From a virus, in IMG/VR virus record IMGVR_UViG_3300030333_002322: 64,000 nt of DNA; one strand, given 5' to 3'. A program made the translations under genes and the position numbers. Under the pieces are notes generated by a model. The model made no database searches. It saw only the letters and a program-made list of their open reading frames with translations, and was not told the origin of the DNA. Shown piece after piece: positions 29,392 to 38,629 of this stretch; position 1 is the stretch's first letter; each line of letters begins with the position of its first letter.

Positions 29392-29560
29392 CTAAAAATT
29401 CTTTATAAACATCCTTGACACAGGACATACAAATATATACCTCCTGTTCTTCGCTGTGGAAACAATACGCTTTGTCTTTATCTAAGTTGAGAGACTTCTC
29501 ACACCTATCACACTTTTTCGTATTCTTCTTGAATATCTTCATCGGATACTTCTTCTCCAA
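29348..29560 (-). CDS. Small zinc-finger protein
   Basis: CDRC...CMSC. Confidence 0.45.
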   Translation of the reverse strand: MEKKYPMKIFKKNTKKCDRCEKSLNLDKDKAYCFHSEEQEVYICMSCVKDVYKEFLDEEQNRTSNIRESD

Positions 29561-30584
29561 CCATATCTACTGACCCTATAGTATATCTTTTCTGTATCCA
29601 GTCAGTAAATGATTTCTGTTGTAAAATAGGCAACCAAAAGTCTTTAGACTCTGTATCCTTTAATCTAACTTTAGGCTCAGGAAGTATCTCACCTGTTTCA
29701 GGATCTGCCTTCTGATACCAACCATTACTAGGTTTAATTACATGTCCAGACTCTAATGCCATTTCTAACAAACCAGACCATTTATGTATGCCTTTCTCCC
29801 AAGACACTTCAACAGGTATCTTAGACTTCTCTCTAACAAACCTAGACTTTTCTACATTAATTACAAATTCATAACCTGTAACTTCTGTTCCTGTCTTTTG
29901 TTGCCTTCTGCCAATAATATAAATGTTATCTGCAGAATAATAAACACCTGTTCCACCACTAACAACATCTTTAGGAAACAATCCTATCTCTTTATATGTG
30001 TGGTTAACTACAACAGCAGGTATATCTTTAATTGTTAAGTGAGGAGTAATCATTCTAAACAAGGATTTCATTTGTTTAGCTCTTGTCATGTCTGCTACAC
30101 TTTTACCATCAAGAGCATCTTCAACTTCTTTTTTACTTGCCAAGTTACCTACACTATCAACAATAATCATAACATGATCGCCTCTTTCAATACCATTTAA
30201 CTGTTGCATGGAATCATGTTTTAATTGTTCAACATCTGTAATAGGTGTATGTACTACTCTATCAGTATCTATTTCAAATGTTTCAAAATAAGACTGAGGA
30301 GCACCAAACTCACTATCATAGAATAAAATAACACCATCATCATACTTGTCTAAATAAGACTTTGCCAACAACATAGCAAACGCTGTCTTAAAGTGTTTAC
30401 TAGGTCCTGCAAATACAGTAAGTCCTGGTGTAAGTCCACCATCTAATTTCCCACTCAGTGCAACATTAACTGCTGGTACTGAAGTTTGAATTAGATCTTT
30501 AGAATTAAAAAACTTAGATTCAGTTATAATATCTGTTTCTCTAATCGTGGAATTTTTCTTAATCCTGTCTATTAGATTTGCCAT
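29508..30584 (-). CDS. uvsX: RecA-like recombinase UvsX
   Basis: AGPSKHFKT, FYDSEFG, DSVGNLASKKE and VSGGTG; GGAG SD before MANLIDRI. Confidence 0.97.
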   Translation of the reverse strand: MANLIDRIKKNSTIRETDIITESKFFNSKDLIQTSVPAVNVALSGKLDGGLTPGLTVFAGPSKHFKTAFAMLLAKSYLDKYDDGVILFYDSEFGAPQSYFETFEIDTDRVVHTPITDVEQLKHDSMQQLNGIERGDHVMIIVDSVGNLASKKEVEDALDGKSVADMTRAKQMKSLFRMITPHLTIKDIPAVVVNHTYKEIGLFPKDVVSGGTGVYYSADNIYIIGRRQQKTGTEVTGYEFVINVEKSRFVREKSKIPVEVSWEKGIHKWSGLLEMALESGHVIKPSNGWYQKADPETGEILPEPKVRLKDTESKDFWLPILQQKSFTDWIQKRYTIGSVDMVGEEVSDEDIQEEYEKV

Positions 30585-31359
30585 CTTTTCTCCTAATTTT
30601 ATTAGCTGCAAGTGCAGCTTCCATAATGTTACTACTATAGCACAGACTTGAACTATGTGTCAAGTCTTTTGGTAAACAAGTTCCACCAAATCCATATTGT
30701 CCATCAGGACCTGGAACTTGCCAATGTGTACCTAATGTTTCATCTTCCATAAAGAACTCTCTAATGTCTGGATAATGTAAATCATATACATCACAAATTT
30801 CTTTAAACTCATTTGCCAAACCTACATTAACTGCTAGTGTAGCATTTCTAAACATTTTAATTGCTGAGGCCTCTCCTGGATTAACAACCCATACTCTTTT
30901 ATCAAATATGTTGGATAACCACATAACAAAATCATGATGATTACCTGGTGTAGCACCAACAAGAATAGGAAGATTTGTGTCTAATACATCTTCTTCCCAA
31001 TGTTTTTCTCTAAGAAACTCTGGCATAATAACTGCGCCATATTTTTTAGTTAACATTAATGCCTGATCAGGACCAACAGTACTTCTTATAACAGGTATAA
31101 CAGTACTAGCACATGATCTTGTAGATAAATCGTTCAGGACTTTTTCAACAATACTTATGTCTAAAGTCTTCCACCCACCTAAGTCTGTAGGAACACAAAC
31201 AAAAGCATATTGAATACCTGACCAATTTTCTATCTCATATCCTTTATCAGGATCATGGATTTGTATATCAGTTCCTTCGTAGAATGTATCTAATAAAAGC
31301 TCAGTAGCTTTACCTACGAATCCGTGTCCGATGATAGCAATTTGTTTATCTGTTCCCAT
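30559..31359 (-). CDS. UDP-glucose/GDP-mannose dehydrogenase family (short form)
   Basis: IIGHGFVG, FVCVPT, IRSTV, MPEFLRE and GFGGTCLPKD. Confidence 0.85.
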   Translation of the reverse strand: MGTDKQIAIIGHGFVGKATELLLDTFYEGTDIQIHDPDKGYEIENWSGIQYAFVCVPTDLGGWKTLDISIVEKVLNDLSTRSCASTVIPVIRSTVGPDQALMLTKKYGAVIMPEFLREKHWEEDVLDTNLPILVGATPGNHHDFVMWLSNIFDKRVWVVNPGEASAIKMFRNATLAVNVGLANEFKEICDVYDLHYPDIREFFMEDETLGTHWQVPGPDGQYGFGGTCLPKDLTHSSSLCYSSNIMEAALAANKIRRKDGKSNRQD

Positions 31360-31407
31360 TGTTCGTCAATTATTCTCTTTTGGTTCTTAATTTTTTTATC
31401 CTGAAAC

Positions 31408-31608
31408 TTAACTCGATGCCCCTCTAATTCTGGATTCAAGTGTTTCGATTGCCTTTTCTTTCTTCTTTGTCCAGTTCTTTTCACTGCGCTCCTTGCCGTT
31501 TAGGACTTTCTTTGTGAATTTACTTTTAACAAGACGTTCTAAAGCTCTTTCACGTCTTGCCTTTCTGCCACCAGTGGCTGAATATGGTCTATTTTTCCCG
31601 TGTCTCAT
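31408..31608 (-). CDS. Small basic hypothetical protein
   Basis: R/K-rich; likely start MRHGKNR. Confidence 0.5.
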   Translation of the reverse strand: MRHGKNRPYSATGGRKARRERALERLVKSKFTKKVLNGKERSEKNWTKKKEKAIETLESRIRGASS

Positions 31609-31708
31609 CTTCTCTCCAAAAATTATTTTCAAAACCTAAATCTATTGCCCAAAAGACAACCCAATTTACTAAAATACATACTCCAAATATTACCCAACCT
31701 GTCATCAT
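31589..31708 (-). CDS. 39-aa single-TM peptide
   Basis: MMTGWVIFGVCILVNWVVFWAIDLG...; AGGAG SD; below the ORF-track cutoff. Confidence 0.45.
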   Translation of the reverse strand: MMTGWVIFGVCILVNWVVFWAIDLGFENNFWREDETREK

Positions 31709-32040
31709 TATTGTTCTCCTATAATGCCATCGTAACCTTTGAATCTATAATAAACAGTAAGTTCTTCTCCTGCTTTTATAGGTTTAACTGCATATAATGT
31801 TCTATCACCTGCTTCTGTGGTAATAAAACAATTAGGATCATTACTGTGATTAATGAATCCTCCTAAGGGCGTCCTTATCCATTCATGTCTATCTCTACTA
31901 TGTACCAAGACATGTGTTTCTCCAAATACTGTTCCAGCATCAAATGCTTGTGCTGCATGTAATCCTAATCCATCTATTTTACTAGACTTTATTGTTAGTC
32001 CATCTGGTAATGGTCTATATGTGTCCATATCCCACGTCAT
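31708..32040 (-). CDS. SET-domain protein (putative lysine methyltransferase)
   Basis: SKIDGLGLHA, GGFINHSNDPNC and IKAGEELTVYY. Confidence 0.85.
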   Translation of the reverse strand: MTWDMDTYRPLPDGLTIKSSKIDGLGLHAAQAFDAGTVFGETHVLVHSRDRHEWIRTPLGGFINHSNDPNCFITTEAGDRTLYAVKPIKAGEELTVYYRFKGYDGIIGEQ

Positions 32041-32045
32041 CTATC

Positions 32046-32195
32046 CTAAACTACTTCTTCGATTATACCAAGGAACTCTGCTAATATTAGTAAAATCCCT
32101 GCCCAATATATCTCTCCTAAAATTAATGCCATACCAGCAAAAATTCTAAGAACACTTTTATACATACTGACTTTAAAATGTCCGTCTACTTTCAT
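32046..32195 (-). CDS. Small membrane protein
   Basis: MKVDGHFKVSMYKSVLRIFAG...AEFLGIIEEVV; ATGA overlap with the gp43 stop. Confidence 0.55.
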   Translation of the reverse strand: MKVDGHFKVSMYKSVLRIFAGMALILGEIYWAGILLILAEFLGIIEEVV

Positions 32196-34690
32196 CCGAA
32201 TAAATCCTCCAATGTTGCTTGTGGTTCTGTATGCCAACCAATAGGTTTTAAAATATTGTCCAACGGATCTACAAATGCCTTCTGCCATATTGTATCATAG
32301 TCAACATACTTTTCTAATTCAAATTCCGTTGGTAACTTTCCTACAAATGCAATAGTATTTTCTCCTATTGCATTTGGCTCTTTCAAATAAACAAATTTAA
32401 TCTTATCACCTTCTTGTATTTTCTCATACTTCATTTTAAGATTAAGTTTATCTACATAATAATTATATAACAAACCACCCCTAACATGGATAGGGCAACC
32501 TTTAGTGTAAATATCTGCTCCACTTTTATATTTAAACATATTATTACACCCTCGAGGAAATGCTATTTCCTCTACTGCTTTGTCATTAAACTCTTTTCTA
32601 GTGTTCTCTATAAACGAATGTAAAGTGTCCTCATCACTTGTTAATATTAATCTAACCGCCTCCTTTAGAGAGTCTCTAATAGGGCCAGGAGTACTACTTC
32701 TTACAATTTCTAAACCCATAACCTTTAGTTTAGGTTCTTTAAGTCTTAGTCCTTCGTCATCATGTACATTTAAGGCATATCGTTTTTTAGCAACAAACAC
32801 ACCTTTGTCTGCTATAATTTCTCGTTTAAAAACTAATTTATGAGCAAACGCATTTGTGTAATTGGCAAGTTTTGTCATTGCCTGTTCAATTGCTGGTTCT
32901 ATCTTTTCTGTTGCAATCTTGTCAATTAGATCAATTGTTTTTTCCTTACCTTTGTCAGGGAAGAAGTTTTCAACCATATCCTTCAATGTAACATAACAAG
33001 AATCAGTATCAGAATAAAAAGAATAAATTTTATCTTCCGTGCCACATACTTTGTTAACATAATTATCTAATGCCTTTGCTGTGTCTCGAATAACCAATTG
33101 CCCTGTCATTGTAATACCTTCAGCAATCCTATCATCATAGAATCTAAAGTACTGATTCGCTAGGGCACCATATAAACTGTTTAATTGAATCTTTCTTGCC
33201 ATCTGGAAATTATTATATTTACTAATTTCATTCTGATAAACTTTAGCACCTGTTTCCTGGAACTTCCTTTGTGATTCCTGCATTAGTTTTTTGTATCTCA
33301 ATCTATCATCAAAAAACTTCTGTACTATCTCAGGAAATAAACCTTGTTTCTCTCTTGTGTAGCAAGTGCCATTAGCTGCCATGGCATAGTTCTTTTCTTT
33401 TAACTTGTCTAACTTATACCTTTCTAACAAGTCGTCAACTTTAACATCATAAGTATAACCACTTACAATAGTTTCAGGACTCATATTGTACTGCATAAGA
33501 ATAGAAGGATACAGACTTGTAGCATCAAAACTAGCAACCCAGTCATAACCACCAGGTTCAGGTTCTTGTACATATGCCCCTTCGATTTGTCTATCCTTTC
33601 TTCCACCACCTTGATGAATAACAATTTTCTTCTCCCATAGGTGATTATATAATAAACTATCCCAGGTTCTAACTGCTGAGAATACATCATTATAATTACA
33701 CTTAGCGTCGTATGTCATTGTAATAGCAAGTTCAATAAGTTTCATTTTATCTTCTAACTCATCAACAAGAACTGTGTCAACAATGTTATACTCTACAAAC
33801 CTATTCCAATCTTTCTCATAAAACTCTTTAAATGTTTCAAAACCAGATTCTAGTTTTTTATGACCTAGTTCTGTTTGTGCAATAAAGTCTAATTTATAAC
33901 TCTCTCTTGTAACATAAGTAAACTTCTTATATAAGTCTAAATAATCTAATTGTGCAACACCTACTATCTCATAGGCAGTCATTTCCCTTTGTTGGAATTT
34001 AACATTACGTCTTTGGACAATGCCAAATGGAGAATATTTTTTGTGTTCATTCTCTCCTAGGACTGCTTCTGTTCTTGCTAACAAATAGGGTATATCAAAT
34101 AACTGACTGTTCCAACCTGTAATAATATCAGGAGTATTATCTCTCCACCAACCTAGGAAATTTGTAAGTAGTTCTTTCTCATCTTTACAATCAATATATT
34201 CTATATCTAAATGTTTTGTATCTTCACCTGGAGTAAACTCCCCGAGTCCGAAGGTTGTTATCTTTTTGGTGTTGTTATTTTGAAGTGTGATAACTAACAT
34301 CTTCTCGCTCGGGGAGTCTACATTCGGAAAACCATGTTCCGAAGTCGTCTCTATATCAATAGAGTAAACCTGAATTTGTTTAGCATCCCATTGTATTTCA
34401 CCGGGATAGTTTTCTGTTATGTATTGATAGCCATAATAGTTTTGGCCATATATTGGAAAATTGTCTACGTCTTTGTATCTATCAAAAAAGGCGGTTGCCT
34501 CTTTGTTTGTCTCGAATTGGATAGGCGACACAGAGTCACCATAAATTGATTTATAGTCTGAGGGTTCATTTGATTTTACAAACAGGGTTGGGCGGAAATC
34601 ACGTCTTGCGGTAAAACGATGTCCGTGTTTGTCAACTCCACGAACCAAAATCTTGTCACCATAATGTCTTGCATAAGTATAAAAAGTCAT
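32192..34690 (-). CDS. gp43: Family B DNA polymerase (T4 gp43)
   Basis: DIET, GWNSQLFD, SFDATSLYPSI, KIQLNSLYG, YSDTDS and KKRYAL. Confidence 0.98.
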   Translation of the reverse strand: MTFYTYARHYGDKILVRGVDKHGHRFTARRDFRPTLFVKSNEPSDYKSIYGDSVSPIQFETNKEATAFFDRYKDVDNFPIYGQNYYGYQYITENYPGEIQWDAKQIQVYSIDIETTSEHGFPNVDSPSEKMLVITLQNNNTKKITTFGLGEFTPGEDTKHLDIEYIDCKDEKELLTNFLGWWRDNTPDIITGWNSQLFDIPYLLARTEAVLGENEHKKYSPFGIVQRRNVKFQQREMTAYEIVGVAQLDYLDLYKKFTYVTRESYKLDFIAQTELGHKKLESGFETFKEFYEKDWNRFVEYNIVDTVLVDELEDKMKLIELAITMTYDAKCNYNDVFSAVRTWDSLLYNHLWEKKIVIHQGGGRKDRQIEGAYVQEPEPGGYDWVASFDATSLYPSILMQYNMSPETIVSGYTYDVKVDDLLERYKLDKLKEKNYAMAANGTCYTREKQGLFPEIVQKFFDDRLRYKKLMQESQRKFQETGAKVYQNEISKYNNFQMARKIQLNSLYGALANQYFRFYDDRIAEGITMTGQLVIRDTAKALDNYVNKVCGTEDKIYSFYSDTDSCYVTLKDMVENFFPDKGKEKTIDLIDKIATEKIEPAIEQAMTKLANYTNAFAHKLVFKREIIADKGVFVAKKRYALNVHDDEGLRLKEPKLKVMGLEIVRSSTPGPIRDSLKEAVRLILTSDEDTLHSFIENTRKEFNDKAVEEIAFPRGCNNMFKYKSGADIYTKGCPIHVRGGLLYNYYVDKLNLKMKYEKIQEGDKIKFVYLKEPNAIGENTIAFVGKLPTEFELEKYVDYDTIWQKAFVDPLDNILKPIGWHTEPQATLEDLFG

Positions 34691-34716
34691 AACAACACCA
34701 ATTTATTCATACTGTA

Positions 34717-34745
34717 ATTATAGGCTCTTACGAACCTAGAGTCAA
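34717..34745 (-). promoter_or_regulatory. Sigma70 promoter for gp43 carrying the shared spacer motif
   Basis: TTGACT-CTAGGTTCGTAAGAGCC-TATAAT. Confidence 0.8.
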
Positions 34746-35147
34746 TTATAATTCTTTAACTCTGGTCCTATTGCGCAAGTGGCCTTCTGCTATTTCTGCT
34801 TTACTTGCACCATGGTATGAAACTGCATGATGTTTTAATATCATAAGTTCATTTATATTTGTTTTGTCATCTAGACTAAGAAATTCACCGAGGATTCTTC
34901 CGTATTTACCTTTTGAGTCAAGCCTCGTTTTGAGTATAGCTCCATCTTTAAGTTGTTCTGTGATGAACGCCTTTGCCATAAGTCCATACTTCTTTTCTTC
35001 GAGGTCACGGGTTCTACTTTCCGGGGTGTCAATTCCGTATAACCTAATTCTTTGTTTCTTGAGCCATACACCGAAGCCCAGGTCGATATCCACATCTACT
35101 GTATCTCCGTCTATAATTTTGACTACATTAATTCTATATTCATACAT
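34746..35147 (-). CDS. Thermonuclease (SNase-like) protein
   Basis: IIDGDTV, IRLYGIDTPE and KGKYGRILG. Confidence 0.9.
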   Translation of the reverse strand: MYEYRINVVKIIDGDTVDVDIDLGFGVWLKKQRIRLYGIDTPESRTRDLEEKKYGLMAKAFITEQLKDGAILKTRLDSKGKYGRILGEFLSLDDKTNINELMILKHHAVSYHGASKAEIAEGHLRNRTRVKEL

Positions 35148-35480
35148 TTACTTTCCTTCGTTTAATATTTTTTTATTTATAAGTTCAGGCTGTATGATAC
35201 CTGAGCCATATCTTTTGTTATACTCGTTCTTCATTTGAACTTCTGGCTCGTATAACGAAACAACATGGGTAGGGAAAATAGGAACTTTATGTTCCTTTGC
35301 GAAGGGTGCATAAGGAGCAAGTCCCACGCCAAATTCTGTTTCAGAATCTCCCTTAGGTTGCATGAATATAATTGCAGGTTTTGTTAATATCAAAAACTGT
35401 TTATCTTCAATATCAGCCTCTGATACATCTGCTATTAATTCTTCTCCTGTGGTTAATTTTACTATCTGAACGTTTGACAT
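35148..35480 (-). CDS. Conserved Sm-like-fold T4 hypothetical protein
   Basis: VKLTTGEELIA...YNKRYGSGII pattern. Confidence 0.6.
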   Translation of the reverse strand: MSNVQIVKLTTGEELIADVSEADIEDKQFLILTKPAIIFMQPKGDSETEFGVGLAPYAPFAKEHKVPIFPTHVVSLYEPEVQMKNEYNKRYGSGIIQPELINKKILNEGK

Positions 35481-35498
35481 GCTCCTTATCTCCTATAA

Positions 35499-35954
35499 TT
35501 ATTTAATTTCTATCACTTGTGGTTTCTGAGATTCTGGAATAACATTTTCTAATGCTATTGATAGAATACCATCAACATATTCTGCAGATCTAATTTCAAT
35601 AGTATCTGCAAGGTTCCAAGCTCTTTTAAAGTTTCTGCCACCTATACCTTTGTGTATATAGTCTGCTTCTTCTTTTTCAGTTTGGATTCCTTCTACGAGT
35701 AGAAGCGAACCTTTTGTATCGGTTGATTCTTTTCGTATAGTTATCTCATCTTTCTTAAAACCTGATACGGCAATTTCAATAAGATAATTTTCTTCGTCCA
35801 CCTTTTTAACATTGTATGGAGGATAAGAACTTTGGACACCAGGATTAGATGCTGTGATAGCATCAAACACTTTGTTAAATCCAATAAATTCTCTCTCTAT
35901 TTGTGGAAATGTCGAGACAAAATTGTCCCAATTTGTAGTTTTTACTCTAACCAT
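35499..35954 (-). CDS. hsp20: Small heat-shock protein Hsp20 (IbpA-like)
   Basis: SYPPYNV, IEIAVSGF, YIHKGIGGRNFKR and DGILSIAL. Confidence 0.95.
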   Translation of the reverse strand: MVRVKTTNWDNFVSTFPQIEREFIGFNKVFDAITASNPGVQSSYPPYNVKKVDEENYLIEIAVSGFKKDEITIRKESTDTKGSLLLVEGIQTEKEEADYIHKGIGGRNFKRAWNLADTIEIRSAEYVDGILSIALENVIPESQKPQVIEIK

Positions 35955-36010
35955 TTTTTTCTCCTTTATTAAGCGAGTTATTAAACTGCAGACCCATAAT
36001 TGGCATCTGC
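35955..36010 (-). promoter_or_regulatory. ROSE-like RNA thermometer
   Basis: CTCGCTT-AATA-AAGGAG pairs over the SD with a bulged G; an upstream hairpin GCAGATGCC...GGGTCTGC is present. Confidence 0.65.
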
Positions 36011-36066
36011 TATAATATATATAATACTTTTATTCAAAATTACAAGTTCTTTTGGTATAATTTACC

Positions 36067-37326
36067 CTAAAATTTTACATCAAAGGTTTTGTTAAAATCT
36101 GTGCCTCTTCTTATATCATGTTCTTTTACAAAGTTCCAAAAATCTTTTCTATGTTTTTCTAGTTCTTCACCTTCGAATCTATTTGCCTTTATCCACTCTA
36201 CAGACTTCTGAAATTTTACAACCTCTCCTTCTGTAAACTGAGGATAGGTTTTCATTGATTTTAATCCTTCTTCCATAATACTTATATGAGTATCGTCGGC
36301 AATTTGTGCTGAGAGGTGTTTTGGATCTACCATATAAGGCATGTCTATTGTTAGATGAGGAAAGGTTTGTTTCATCTCTGCCATTTTAAAAATGAATTCT
36401 TGTATATTGAATATAGATAAGAAATTAAATGTACACATGATACCTACTTCTATTCCATTAGCTAATATTCTAAGTAGGTTTTCTTCAAATTGATCTACTT
36501 TTAATCCATGTCTAATATACTCTGCTTGTTTCCCCCATGAATCTATACTGGCATATATTCTAGTATTAGGTATATCTTTTGCTTGGTTAATATATTTTTG
36601 TACTCTTTCTTTCGTAACCATAAGATTAGAATTACAATGGAATGTCAATCCTTCTCTAGGATTTGCCTTAACATATTTTAGAAGTTTATATGTATTCTTA
36701 TCTAATAAAGGCTCTCCTCCTGTTACTCTAAGAACAAATAAATGTTCATATGCCTGTGGAAACCATTTCCAAAACTTATCTACATAGGGAGAGTTTTCTA
36801 TTTGAGGATTATCTATAACATTATAGTCCTCAGATAGTTTATAAGGACCATGCTCTTGTATTTCTTTTTCCCATGAAGTACTAAACACAGGACCACAATA
36901 ACTACATGACATTTGACATTTATTTGTGAAAGATATTTCTAAATATTTAGGATACACATAATCTAGTCCTGCGTCTGTTGCTTCTTTGACTATATGTCTA
37001 TTATGTTTAAAAAATTGAGCTGCAAGTGTTTGCCTATCTGATATCTCACCAAGATCCTCTACTTCCCAACAATAAGAGCACTCTGAAGGTCTGCTACCTT
37101 GCAACATCTCTGCTCTTTTTTCTATTTTTTGAGGTGTGTTATGTAAGTCAGAGTCTAAAGGAATTTTCTGTGTAGGACAATGATAACAGGAATGACTTTG
37201 CCCTGTTCCTAAGTGCATTTCTAAATGATACCATTTTAGTACACAGAAACCAGGCCCTACTTTATCCTGTTCGTCTTTGATAAGTTGGAGGGCTTCTATT
37301 TGATTTTTATTTAGCTTTCTTTCCAA
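36067..37326 (-). CDS. Radical SAM protein with an N-terminal Cys-rich (twitch-like) region
   Basis: CQMSCSYC, TGGEPLL and an N-terminal C...CYHC...CSYCW. Confidence 0.85.
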   Translation of the reverse strand: MERKLNKNQIEALQLIKDEQDKVGPGFCVLKWYHLEMHLGTGQSHSCYHCPTQKIPLDSDLHNTPQKIEKRAEMLQGSRPSECSYCWEVEDLGEISDRQTLAAQFFKHNRHIVKEATDAGLDYVYPKYLEISFTNKCQMSCSYCGPVFSTSWEKEIQEHGPYKLSEDYNVIDNPQIENSPYVDKFWKWFPQAYEHLFVLRVTGGEPLLDKNTYKLLKYVKANPREGLTFHCNSNLMVTKERVQKYINQAKDIPNTRIYASIDSWGKQAEYIRHGLKVDQFEENLLRILANGIEVGIMCTFNFLSIFNIQEFIFKMAEMKQTFPHLTIDMPYMVDPKHLSAQIADDTHISIMEEGLKSMKTYPQFTEGEVVKFQKSVEWIKANRFEGEELEKHRKDFWNFVKEHDIRRGTDFNKTFDVKF

Positions 37327-37729
37327 TATTGTACTTGGGGATTAATTCCCATTCACCCTTCTCTTTAAACGATATAATTTTTATTTGGCTTAAAGGTGCG
37401 TAGTCTAGTTCTTGTTCTGTAACTATGTCTACAAGACCCCAATCGGATAATAGTTTGCCTATAGTATTTCTTCGTTCTAAATCATTGTCTTGGAAGTCAG
37501 CTTCCTTGCCATCTAAAGCAAAAAGTTCTTTGAAGTGTGTTATAAAGTATCTACCTTTCTTATGTAAGATGTGGCAGGACTGATAAAGCACTTTGTCCTT
37601 TTTTGAAGCTACTCCAATTCTTGACAATGTTTCACGAACTTTAAGAAAATCCTCTGGATCTTTTAGTGAAACTTCTAAGGGTGTGTACCCTGGATAGTCA
37701 ATATTAAAGTAATTCTCTTGATCACTCAT
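37307..37729 (-). CDS. regA: Translational repressor RegA
   Basis: DFLKVRETLSRIGVAS...LYQSCHILHKKGRYFITHFKELFALDG. Confidence 0.97.
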   Translation of the reverse strand: MSDQENYFNIDYPGYTPLEVSLKDPEDFLKVRETLSRIGVASKKDKVLYQSCHILHKKGRYFITHFKELFALDGKEADFQDNDLERRNTIGKLLSDWGLVDIVTEQELDYAPLSQIKIISFKEKGEWELIPKYNIGKKAK

Positions 37730-37775
37730 TTCAATACGTCTCGTTTATTCTATATAAATTTTGGTTATAATACCT

Positions 37776-37783
37776 TATTTATA
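37776..37783 (-). promoter_or_regulatory. T4 late promoter upstream of regA
   Basis: TATAAATA overlapping the gp62 stop. Confidence 0.55.
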
Positions 37784-38240
37784 TTTTGCCACCTTTAGAC
37801 GTACTCAAATGTAGCTTAATTAAGTCTATATCTGTCTGAGAAAGCAGATTTAATGCTTCTTTTGCCTTAAAAAAGCTATATCCGAAGAATTTTTGTATTG
37901 TTTCTATATTCTCTTCTTCAGACTTTAACCATTTGTTATATCGTTTGGCTTTTCTTACCACACTCTTAAGAAAGTCATATTGTAACTTTTTATCCAAGTG
38001 AGGTCTTGCATTCATTTCATTTCCTGCAATAATAGTGTCTTTTCCAAAACCCATTGCTCTATTAACGATGAAAGCATTGTATTCATTTTCTGTTCTTTCA
38101 TCTACAATTAAGTTTTCTTTAGTATAATTGATGCTATTAGCAAAATCGAAGGGAGATATCTTTTTCAGTTTTTCCTGAAACTCTTCCTCATTGATTTCTT
38201 CTACAGGATCGCCAAATCCTTCTAATATACTATCGCTCAT
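37779..38240 (-). CDS. gp62: Clamp loader small subunit (gp62)
   Basis: SPFDFANSIN, YNAFIVNR, LQYDFL; located before regA. Confidence 0.92.
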   Translation of the reverse strand: MSDSILEGFGDPVEEINEEEFQEKLKKISPFDFANSINYTKENLIVDERTENEYNAFIVNRAMGFGKDTIIAGNEMNARPHLDKKLQYDFLKSVVRKAKRYNKWLKSEEENIETIQKFFGYSFFKAKEALNLLSQTDIDLIKLHLSTSKGGKI

Positions 38241-38313
38241 ATTGAACTAATTATTAACATTATTATAATAAAAAATACTGCTACTATTTTTATGTCTAAA
38301 TCGTTGTGGTCCA

Positions 38314-38478
38314 TTAAAAATGCCTTAAAACACCTGCTATAATAAAAAAGCAGGTTATGAAATTTACACCTACGACTATTGTTCTAAGGATAGCCACCAT
38401 ATCAGCTTCCTTTGAATCATCGCTAGCTTTTTCTCCTAAAGATAAACACCACAATCTCCATAATTTACTTAAAGTCAA
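38314..38478 (-). CDS. 54-aa small membrane protein
   Basis: MTLSKLWRLWCLSLGEKASDDSKEADMVAILRT...NFITCFFIIAGVLRHF (TTG start). Confidence 0.55.
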   Translation of the reverse strand: MTLSKLWRLWCLSLGEKASDDSKEADMVAILRTIVVGVNFITCFFIIAGVLRHF

Positions 38479-38629
38479 TGTATTGTCCTTCTTTTAAAAT
38501 ACTGTAACCTTTTAATAATAGTTCAGTTACAGTGGTTTCCCTTATTTTTGCTTCTTCCTTGATTTCTTCCTTCAATGAGGAAGGTAGACGAATTATGATA
38601 TTTGCGTCTTTTGACTCTTTCTGTGCCAT
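38465..38629 (-). CDS. 54-aa ribbon-helix-helix (Arc/CopG-like) DNA-binding protein
   Basis: MAQKESKDANIIIRLPSSLKEEIKEEAKIRETTVTELLLKG has the beta strand IxIRL, then helix, turn, helix; ATG abuts the gp44 stop. Confidence 0.65.
   Translation of the reverse strand: MAQKESKDANIIIRLPSSLKEEIKEEAKIRETTVTELLLKGYSILKEGQYIDFK

Noticed and set aside
6951-34690. Introns or inteins in nrdA, nrdB, thyX, gp41 or gp43
   Set aside because: All are continuous ORFs of normal length without intein motifs.
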